Shown: positions 12,659 to 22,386 of the stretch, in pieces
Position numbering within the stretch: position 1 is the first letter of the stretch
Layout: the number at the start of each line of letters is the position of its first letter
Source: Heterodontus francisci
Taxonomy: Eukaryota
Direction of reading: 5' to 3'
Assembly (NCBI RefSeq): GCF_036365525.1
Contig: NC_090376.1
Span: forward strand, 57,934,559 to 57,998,558
Length of the DNA: 64,000 bases
Notes under the pieces: generated by a model
Seen by the model: the letters and a program-made list of their open reading frames with translations, nothing else
Databases searched by the model: none
Told to the model about the DNA's origin: nothing
Translations under genes and position numbers: made by a program

Positions 12659-13985
12659 ATATGGTGGTAAATAAATGGTGGGAAACATTTAAACAAACAA
12701 GATTCAACAAAAATACATTCCATTAAAAAAACAAAAGCTTTGCAGGAAAGATCCATCCGTGAATTTCTAGGGAAGTTAAGGATGGTATTAGATTAAAAGA
12801 AGAGGATTGGATTGGGTGTGTTTTAGAAACCAGCAAAGGGCGAACAAAAAGTTGATGAAAAGAGGAAAAATTAAAATATGAGAGTAAACTAGCCAGGAAT
12901 ATAAAAACAGATTGTAAGAGCTTTTACAAGTATACGCAAAGGAGGAGAGTAGCTAAAGTAAACATTAGTCCCAAAGAAGACAGGGGAAATTATCATGGAG
13001 ACTGAGGAAATGGCAGAGACGTCAAACAAATATTTGTGTCTGTCTTCACAGTAGAAGATACAAATTACATAGCAGAAATAAAGGGTAACCAAGGGCCTAA
13101 TAAGAGTGAGGAACTTAAGTTTATTAATATCAGCAGAGAAAAAGTATTGGAGAAACCTGAGGGACTAAAAGCTAACAAATCCCCAGGACCTGATGGCCCA
13201 CATCCTAGGGTTCTAAAAGAGGTAGCTGTAGAGATAGTGGATGCACTGGTTATGATCTTCCAAAATTCCCTAGATACTAGTAATGGTCCCAGTGGATTGG
13301 AAGTTAGCAAATGTAACACCACTTTTCAAAAAAGGAGGGAAAGAGAAAAAGACGACTACAGGTCAGTTGGCCTGACATCAGTCATCGGGAGAATGTTGGA
13401 ATCAATTATTAAGGAAGTCTTAACAATGCACTTAGAAAATCATAGCATGATCAGACAAAGCCAACATAGTTTTACAAAAGGGAAGTCACGTTTGACAAAT
13501 TTATTAGAGTTTTTTGAGGATGTAACTAGTAGGGTAGATAAAGGGGAACCAATAGACGTAATATACATGGATTTTCAAAAGGCATTTGTTAAGGTGTCAC
13601 ACAAAACGATAATACACAAGATAAGGGCGCATGGAGTTGGGCTAATATGTTAGCATGGATAGAGGATTGGTTAACGGACAGGAAGCAGAGAATAGGGATA
13701 AACAAGGCATTTTCAAGGTGACAGGCTGTAGCTAGTGGAGTGCCGCAAGGATCATGCTGGAGCCTCAGCTATTTACAATCTATATTAATGATTTAGACAA
13801 AGAGACAGAGTAATATATTTAAGTTTGCTGAAGATACAAAGCTAGGGAGTAATGTAAGCTGCGAAGAGGAATCAAAGAGGCTGCAAAGAGAACAGGTTAA
13901 GTGAATGGGCACAAGTTGGCAGGTGGAGTATAATGTGGACAAGTGTGAGGTTATTCACTTTGCTAGTAAAAACAGAAAAGCAGAA

Positions 13986-14610
13986 ACAAAAACAAAAATT
14001 GCTGGAAAAACTTAGCAGATCTGGCAGCATCTGTGGAGAGAGAAGCAAAGTTAACATTTCAGATCTGTGACCTTTCATCAGAACTGGCAAAGGTTAGAGA
14101 AGAATTAGGTGTTAAGCAAGTGAAGGGCAGTGGGGTGGGGGAGAGAACAAAGGGGAAGGTGTTTGATAGGGCAGTGGGTGATTAAATAACAAAACTGTCC
14201 TGGGACAAAGGCAAAGCATGTGGTGAAAGACAAAGCATTAGTCCAGAGAGACTGTTAATAGCGGAATACTGAGCAGCTCTGACTACATGAAAAGCAGACA
14301 CATGGTTAAAAAATAAAATATAAAAAAATATTTTAAAAAGGGCCAGTCATACTCTGAAGTTATTGAACTCAATGTTCAGTCCGCAAGGCTGTAGAGTGCC
14401 TAATCGAAAGATCAGGTGCTGCTTCACGAGCTTGCGTTGATGTTCACTGGAACACTGCAGCAGGCCAAAGACAGAAATGTTGGCATGAGAGCAGGGGGGA
14501 GTGTTGAAATGGCAAGCAACCTTGAGTTTGGGGTCATGCTTTCAGACTGAGCGGAGGTGTTCAGCAAAGCGGTCACCTAATTTGCGTTTGGTCTCCCCAG
14601 TGTCTCCTCC
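13986..14610 (-). mobile_element. 3' fragment of a Penelope-like element (end of GIY-YIG plus 3' region)
   Basis: Reverse strand reads GETKRKLGDRFAEHLRSV...HQRKLVKQHLIFRLGTLQPCGLNIEFNNFR; homologous to 41440-42090. Confidence 0.85.
14049..14085 (-). ncRNA. Minimal type I hammerhead ribozyme motif in a Penelope-like element
   Basis: Minus strand AGTT-CTGATGA-A-AGGTC-ACA-GATCT-GAAA-TG-TT-AACT: CUGAUGA and GAAA cores, a 5-bp stem II, AGUU/AACU stem I and a vestigial palindromic stem III. Confidence 0.7.
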
Positions 14611-17600
14611 ACAGAATACCTTTTAAAAGGCTTGAAACTTCTAAATGTTGATGTTCAGAGAGACTTGGGTGTACTCATACAAGGAACACAGAACATTAGC
14701 ATGCCGGTACAGCAAGCAATTAGGAAGGCAAATGGCATGTTGGCCTTTATTGCAAGGGGATTGGAGTACAAGAATAAGGAAGTCTTGCTACAATTGTACA
14801 GGGCTTTGGTGAGACCACACCTGGAGTACTGTGTGCAGTTTTGATCTCCATATTTAAGGAAGGATATAGTTGCATTGGAGTTGGTACAGCGAAGGTTCAT
14901 TAGATTGGTCCCTGGGATGAGAGGGTTGTCCAATGATGAAATGCTGAGTTAATTGGGCCTTTACTCTCTGGAGTTTAGAAGAATGAGAGATGATCTCACT
15001 GAACCATACAAGATCTGAAGAAGCTTGACAGGGTAGACACTGAGAGGTTGTTTTCCTGGCTGGGGAATTTAGAACATGGTAGCACAGTCTCAGGATAAGG
15101 GGCCGATCATTTAAGACTGAGATGAGGAGAAACATCTTCGCTCAAAGGGTTGTGAATCTTTGGAATTCCCGACCCCAGAGGGTTGTGGATGCTCTATCAG
15201 TGAATATATTTAAGGCTGAGACAAACAGATATTTGATCTCACAGGGAATCAAGGGATATGGAGTGTGGGCAGGAAAGTGGATTTGAAGCTGAAGATCAGC
15301 CATGATTATATAGACTGGTGGATCAAGCTCAAGGAGCCATATGGTCTACCCCTGCTCCTATTTCTTATGTTCTTATTCTATGCCAACCCCATGAGACAAA
15401 TACTTTAACCTCCTGAACTCACAAGGAGATCACAATGGTTTTCCTGAAGTGGCAGCTTGGGGTATCTGATATTCTCCATTCACAAAGTCTGTATTTTGGA
15501 ATTTAAAATACAAGCCTATTTTAAATGTTAACTTATTTTACCAAAACATTAGAGGGGCAGCCCTATCTATATTGCTGCGATGTACATGCACTTGGTATAT
15601 TTACTTGAATGTCATTCTCCTAGCACATTAAGAAGAAATAGCTGCTGCATCAATGATACTCAATAGCAGTATGCTCTTCTGATAAAACTGTTTAATTATA
15701 TGAACCTATGTTATGAAAGCTATTTTCTTTTTGGTCTTTAAATTTTATTATGAGGAGTGCGGAATTTGAGTTTATTATCAGTGTTATTGCTGTTAAATCC
15801 ATGTTCTGTAGCCAGGTGACAGGTTTGTAGATTCCAGGCTTGTACACAAGACTGCTGCCTGGTTGCAGAAAACAGATCAAACATTCCAAATGCTGGGAGC
15901 TGTTTAACATTGCTGGGCTCCTGGAATCCAAATTAAAAGACCAACATTAATCATTCATTGCTGATGATGTGGGTTTTTCTCAAAATCTGATACATTACAG
16001 CAAACATGATCTTGCTTTTTAATTATTATCCATTTTGCCAAGGGTCACTGTTCTTAAATCAGATCAATACTAGTAGTAATGTCTATTTCTTACTATTTCT
16101 CACGAGACTAGTAACCCAAAGCCCCAGGCTAATCCTCTGGGGATACAGGTTCGAATCCCACTATGGCAGATGATGGAAATCGAATTCAATTAATAAAAAA
16201 AATCTAGAATTAAAAGCTAGTCTAGTGGTGACCATGAAACTATTGTCAATTGTTGTAAAAACACATCTGCTTCACTAATGTCCTTTAGGGATGGAAATCT
16301 GCTGGCCTTACCTGGTCTGGCCTACATTTGACTGCAAACCCACAGCAATGTGGTTGACTCTTAAATGCCTTCTGAAATGGTCTAGCAAGCTACTCAGTTG
16401 TATCAAACCTTTACAACGCCTAAGAAAAGGAGTGAAACCAGACGGACCACCCGGCATCGATCCAGGCATCGGAAATGACAACGGCAAACCCAGCCCTGCG
16501 ACCCTGCTTCTGGGGGCTTGTGCCAAAATTGGGAGAGCTGTCCCACAGACCAGTCAAGCAACAGCCTGACATAGTCATACTCTGGGAATCATACCTTGAA
16601 GATAATGTCCCAGACACCACCATCACCATCCCTGAATATGTCCTGTCCCAACGGCAGGACAGATCCAACAGAGGTGGTGGCACGGAGGTATACAGTCAGG
16701 AGGGAGTTGCCCTGGGAGTCCTCAACATTGTCTCTGGACCCATGACGTATCATTGGATCAGGTCAAACATGGGCAAGGAAACCTCCTGCTGATTACCACC
16801 TACCACCCACCCCCCCCCCCCCCCGCCCCCCCCCCCCCCTTGGCTGATGAATCACGATCTCCATGTTGAACACCAATTGGAAGAAGCACTGAGGGTAGCA
16901 AGGGCACAAAAATGTACTTTGGGTGGGGGACTTCAATGTCCGTCACCAAGAGTGGCTCGGTAGCACCACTACTGACTGAGCTGGCCCAGTCCGAAAGGAC
17001 ATAGCTGCTAGACTTGGTCTGCGGCAGGTGGTGAGGGAACCAACAAGAGGAAAAACCTACTTGACCTCGTCCTCACCAATCTACCTGTCACAGATGCATC
17101 TATCCATGGCAGTATTGGTAGGAGTGACCACTGCACAGCCCTTTTGGAGACGAAGTCCCATATTCACATTGAGAGTACCTACCATCGTGTTGTGTGGTAC
17201 TACCAGTGTGCGAAATGGGTTAGATTTCAAACAGATCAAGCAACTCAAAACTGGGCATCCATGAGGCGCTGTGGGCCATTAGCAGCAGCAGAATTGTAGT
17301 CAACCACAATCTGTAACCTCACAGCCCGGCATATCCCCCACTCTACCATTACCATCAAGCCAGGGCATCAACCCTGATTCAATGAAGAGTGCAGGAGGGC
17401 ATGCCTAAAAATGAGGTTCCAGCCTGGTGAAACTGCAACACACGACAACTTGCATGCCAAACAGCAGAAGAAGCATGCAATCGAAAGGGCTAAGCGATCC
17501 CACAACCAATGGATCAGATCCAAGCTCTCCAGCCCTGCCACATCCAGTTGTGAATAGTGGTGGACAATTAACCAACAGAAAGGAGGAGGAGGCTCCACAA

Positions 17601-18572
17601 ATATCTCCATCCTCAATGATGAAGGAGCCCAGCACATCAGTGCAAAAGAAAAGGCTGAAGCATTTGTATCCATCTTCAGCCAGAAGTGCCAAGTGGATGT
17701 TCCATCTCGGCCTCCTACTGAAGTCCCCATCATCACAGATGCCAGTCTTCAGCCAATCCGATTTACTCCACGTGCTACCAAGAAACGGCTGAAGGCACTG
17801 GATACTGCAAAGGCTATGGGCCCTGACAACATTTTGGTAATACTACTGAAGACTTCTGCTCCAGAACTAGCCATGCCCCTAGCCAAGCTGTTCCAGTATA
17901 GCTACAACACTTGCATCTACCTGGCAATATGGAAAATTGCCCAGGTATGTCCTGTGCACAAAAGGCAGGACAAATCTAACCTGGCCAATTACCTCCCTTT
18001 TCATTCTACTCTTGATCATCAGCAAAATGATACGAACATACGAATTAGGAGCAGGAGTAGGCCACTCGACCCTTCGAGCTGGCTCTGCCATTCAATAAGT
18101 TTATGGCTGAGCTGATTATTCCACATTTCCACCTACCCCCTTGCTTATCAAGAATTCACCACCTCTCCCTTAAAAATATTCAGACTCTGCTTCCACCGCC
18201 TTTTGAGGAAGAGAATTCCAAAGACTGACGACCCTCTGAGAGACAAAACTTCTCCTCATCTCTGTCTTAAATAGGTGACCCTTTTTTTAAACAGTGACCC
18301 CGAGTTCTAGATTCTCCCAGAAGGGGAAACATCCTTTCCACATCAATCCTGTCAAGACCCCTCAGGATCTCATATGTTTCAATCAAGTTGCCTCTTACTC
18401 TTCTAAATTCCAGCGGATACAAGCCTAGCCTGTCCAATCTTTCCTCATAAGACAGCCCGCCCATTCCAGGTATTAGTCTCGTAAACATTCTTTGTACTGC
18501 CTCCAATGCATTCACATCCTTCCTTAAATATCATGTGATTGGTTAAAAACTTGGGAATTTAGAATAGTGGGA

Positions 18573-19502
18573 ATGGAGGTTAAGGCAGTTGAATGTTCCT
18601 CCTGCAGAATGTGGGAGGTAAGGGTCGCCAAGGGTGTCCCTGCTGACTGCATCTGCGGGAAGTGCACCCAGCTCCAGCTCCTCGAGGACCGCGTTAGGGA
18701 ACTGGAGCTGGAGGAACTTCGGATCATTCGGGAGGCGGAGGGGATTATTGAGAGGAGTTATCGGGAGGCAGTCACACCTCAGGTAAAAGAAGAAGGTAGA
18801 TGGGTTACCGTCAGGGGAAGGAGAGGGAACCAGCAGGCAGTGCAGGGATCCCCTGTGGCCGTTTCCCTCAACAACAGGTATACTGTTTTGGATACTGTTG
18901 GGGGAGACGACTTACCAGGGGTAGGCAATGGGATACAGGTCTCTGGCGCAGAGTCTGTCCCTGTTGCTCAGAAGGGAAGGGGTAAGAGGAGCAGAGCATT
19001 AGTCATTGGGGACTCCATAGTTAGGGGAACAGATAGGAGGTTTTGTGGGAACGAGAGAGACTCACGGTTGGTGTGTTGCCTCCCAGGTGCCAGGGTACGT
19101 GATGTCTCGGATCGTGTTTTTGGGATCCTCAAGGGGGAGGGGGAGCAGCCCCAAGTCGTGGTACACATAGGCACCAACGACATAGGTAGGAAGACAGATG
19201 GGGATTTAAGGCAGAAATTCAGGGAGCTAGGGTGGAAGCTTAGAGCGAGAACAAACAGAGTTGTTATCTCTGGGTTGTTGCCCGTGCCACGTGCTAGCGA
19301 AGTGAGGAATAGGGAGAGAGAGGAGTTGAACACGCGGCTGCAGGGATGGTGTAGGAGGGAGGGTTTTGGTTTCCTGGATAATTGGGGCTCTTTCTGGGGT
19401 AGGTGGGACCTCTACAAACAGGATGGTCTTCACCTGAACCAGAGGGGTACCAATATCCTGGGGGGGAGATTTGCTAGTGCTCTTCGGGGGGGTTTAAACT
19501 AA
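18573..19502 (+). CDS. CR1 ORF1 protein (zinc finger/leucine zipper plus SGNH esterase)
   Basis: Open frame from ATG 18573: CSSCRMW...CGKC, a leucine-rich coil, then GDS, GTND and DGLH esterase blocks; ends GGLN-stop. Confidence 0.9.
   Translation: MEVKAVECSSCRMWEVRVAKGVPADCICGKCTQLQLLEDRVRELELEELRIIREAEGIIERSYREAVTPQVKEEGRWVTVRGRRGNQQAVQGSPVAVSLNNRYTVLDTVGGDDLPGVGNGIQVSGAESVPVAQKGRGKRSRALVIGDSIVRGTDRRFCGNERDSRLVCCLPGARVRDVSDRVFGILKGEGEQPQVVVHIGTNDIGRKTDGDLRQKFRELGWKLRARTNRVVISGLLPVPRASEVRNREREELNTRLQGWCRREGFGFLDNWGSFWGRWDLYKQDGLHLNQRGTNILGGRFASALRGGLN
19493..19499 (+). promoter_or_regulatory. Candidate -1 ribosomal frameshift slippery site T_TTA_AAC
   Basis: X_XXY_YYZ heptamer in ORF1 phase directly before the TAA. 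The -1 frame is open into the ORF2 endonuclease N-terminus with no AUG. The same heptamer occurs at 1825-1831 (+) and 24999-25005 (-). Confidence 0.6.
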
Positions 19503-22386
19503 TTCAGCAGGGGGATGGAAACCTAAATTGTAGTTCCAGTGTGCAGGATGTTGAGAGTAGTGAGGTCAGGGATAAGGTTATAAGGACACAAGAGGGCACT
19601 GGCAAGCAAGAGCGTGGTTTAAAATGTGTCCACTTCAAGGCCAGGAGCATCCGGAATAAGGTGGGTGAGCTTGCAGCATGGGTTGGTACCTGAGATCTCG
19701 ATGTTGTGGCCATTTCAGAGACATGGGTAGAGCAGGGACAGGAATGGATGTTGCGGGTTCCGGGATTTAGATGTTTCACTAAGAACAGAGAAGATGGTAA
19801 AAGAGGGGGGGGGGTGTGGCATGGTTAATCAAGGAAAGTATTACAGCGGCAGAAAGGACGTTTGAGGACTCGTCTACTGAGGTAGTCTGGGCCGAGGTTA
19901 GAAACAGGAGAGGAGAGGTCACCCTGTTGGGAGTTTTCTATAGACCTCCAAATAGTTCCAGAGATGTAGAGGAAAGGATAGCAAAGATGATTCTTGACAG
20001 GAGCGAGAGTAACAGGGTAGTGGTTATGGGGGACTTTAACTTTCCAAATATTGACTGGAAATACTATAGTTCGAGTACTTTAGACGGGTCTGTTTTTGTC
20101 CAGTGTGTGCAGGAGGGTTTTCTGACACAGTATGTAGACAGGCCAACCAGGGGCGATGCCACATTGGATTTGGTACTGGGTAATGAACCCGGCCAGGTGT
20201 TAGATTTAGAAGTTGGTGAGCACTTTGGTGATAGTGATCACAATTCGGTTAGGTTTACCTTAGCGATGGGCAGGGACAGGCATATACAGCAGGGCAAGAA
20301 TTATAGCTGGGGGAAAGGAAATTATGATGCGATTAGGCAAGATTTAGGATGCGTAGGATGGGGAAGGAAACTGCAGGGGATGGGAACAATCGAAATGTGG
20401 AGCTTATTCAAGGAGCAGCTACTGCATGTCCTTGATAAGTATGTACCTGTCAGGCAGGGAGGAAGTTGTCGAGCGAGGGAGCCGTGGTTTACTAAAGAGG
20501 TTGAAGAGCTTGTCAAGAGGAAGAAGAAGGCTTATGTTAGGATGAGACGTGAAGGCTCAGTTAGGGCGCTTGAGAGTTACAAGCTAGCCAGGAAGGATCT
20601 AAAGGGAGTGATAAGAAGAGCAAGGAGAGGACACGAGAAGTCATTGGCGGATAGGATCAAAGAAAACCCTAAGGCTTTCTATAGGTATATCAGGAATAAA
20701 AGAATGACTAGAGATAGGTTAGGGCCAATCAAGGATAGTAGTGGGAAGTTGTGTGTGGAATCGGAGGAGATAGGGGAAGTGTTAAATGAATATTTTTCGT
20801 CAGTATTTACAGTGGAGAAAGAAAATGTTGTCGAGGAGAATACTGAGATACAGACTACTAGGCTAGATGGGATTGAGGTTCACAAGGAGGAGGTGTTAGC
20901 AATTTTGGAAAGTGTGAAAATAGATAAGTCCCCTGGGCCAGATGGGATTTATCCTAGGATTCTCTGGGAAGCCAGGAAGGAGATTGCAGAGCCTTTGTCC
21001 TTGATTTTTATGTCGTCATTGTCGACAGGAATAGTGCCGGAAGACTGGAGGATAGCAAATGTTGTCCCCTTGTTCAAGAAGGGGAGTAGGGACAGCCCTG
21101 GTAATTATAGACCTGTGAGCCTTACTTCGGTTGTGGGTAAAATGTTGGAAAAGGTTATAAGAGATAGGATTTATAATCATCTTGAAAAGAATAAGTTCAT
21201 TAGAGATAGTCAGCACGGTTTTGTGAAGGGTAGGTCGTGCCTCACAAACCTTATTGAGTTTTTCGAGAAGGTGACCAAACAGGTGGATGAGGGTAAAGCA
21301 GTGGATGTGGTGTATATGGATTTCAGTAAGGCGTTTGATAAAGTTCCCCACAGTAGGCTATTGCAGAAAATACAGAAGTATGGGATTGAAGGTGAATTAG
21401 TGCTTTGGATCAGAAATTGGCGAGCTGAAAGAAGACAGAGGGTGGTGGTTGATGGTAAATGTTCATCCTGGAGTATAGTTTCTAGTGGTGTACCGCAAGG
21501 ATCTGTTTTGGGGCCACTGCTGTTTGTCATTTTTATAAATGACCTGGATGAGGGTGTAGAAGGGTGGGTTAGTAAATTTGCGGATGACACGAAGGTCGGA
21601 GGAGTTGTGGATAGTTCCGAAGGATGTTGTAGGTTACAGATGGACATAGATAGGCTGCAGAGCTGGGCTGAGAGATGGCAAATGGAGTTTAATGCGGAAA
21701 AGTGTGAGGTGATTCCCTTCGGAAGGAGTAACAGGATTGCAGAATACTGGGCTAATGGGAAGATTCTTGGTAGTGTAGATGAGCAGAGAGATCTTGGTGT
21801 CCAGGTACATAAATCCCTGAAAGTTGCCACCCAGGTTAATAGAGCTGTTAAGAAGGCATATGGTGTGTTAGCTTTTATTAGTAGGGGGATCGAGTTTAGG
21901 AGCCACGAGGTCATGCTGCAGCTGTACAGAACTCTGGTGCGGCCGCACCTGGAGTATTGCGTGCAGTTCTGGTCACCGCATTATAGGAAGGATGTGGAAG
22001 CTTTGGAAAGGGTGCAGAGGAGATTTACTAGGATGTTGCCTGGTATGGAGGGAAGGTCTTACGAGGAAAGGCTGAGGGACTTGAGGTTGTTTTCGTTAGA
22101 GAGAAGGAGGAGAAGAGGTGACTTAATAGAGACATATAAGATAATCAGAGGGTTGGACAGGGTGGATAGTGAGAGCCTTTTTCCTCGGATGGTGATGGCA
22201 AACATGAGGGGACATAGCTTTAAGTTGAGGGGTGATAGATATAGGACAGATGTCAGAGGTAGTTTCTTTACACAGAGAGTAGTAGGGGCGTGGAACGCCC
22301 TGCCTGCAACAGTAGTAGACTCGCCAACTTTAAGGGCATTTAAGTGGTCATTGGATAGACATATGGATGAAAATGGAATAGTGTAG
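19493..22386 (+). pseudogene. CR1 ORF2 (APE endonuclease plus reverse transcriptase), disabled near the N-terminus
   Basis: 856 open codons from 19816 (YRPP, GDFN, DSDH, GVPQGSVLGP, FADD). Upstream, the -1 frame reads LKCVHFKARSIRNK...ISETW, with a TGA at 19691-19693 and a frame change in the G10 run at 19805-19814. Confidence 0.9.

Larger units (their letters stand above)
11790..15380 (+). mobile_element. Degraded 5'-truncated CR1 LINE with two nested insertions
   Basis: Late endonuclease motif (ILDPVLC...GNNDHN); RT ORFs 13036..13653 and 14632..14844; 3' tail CTCCTATTTCTTATGTTCTTAT. Confidence 0.85.

Noticed and set aside
15962-15990. C/D box snoRNA-like TGATGA...CTGA
   Set aside because: The boxes span under 30 nt with no terminal stem; too short.
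16148-16158. tRNA gene suggested by the perfect B-box
   Set aside because: No cloverleaf or T-run terminator; the sequence continues as a SINE/LINE head that is also present at 37675.
16803-16839. Long poly(C) tract (also poly(G) at ~63636-63660) as a functional G-quadruplex
   Set aside because: A homopolymer expansion inside a dead TE at the YRPP codons; its length is also unreliable in assemblies.
21016-21914. Long antisense ORFs (111 and 234 aa) opposite the CR1 RT
   Set aside because: Shadow ORFs expected from CR1 codon bias; similar ones occur opposite other CR1 copies (40154..40573); no domain signal.
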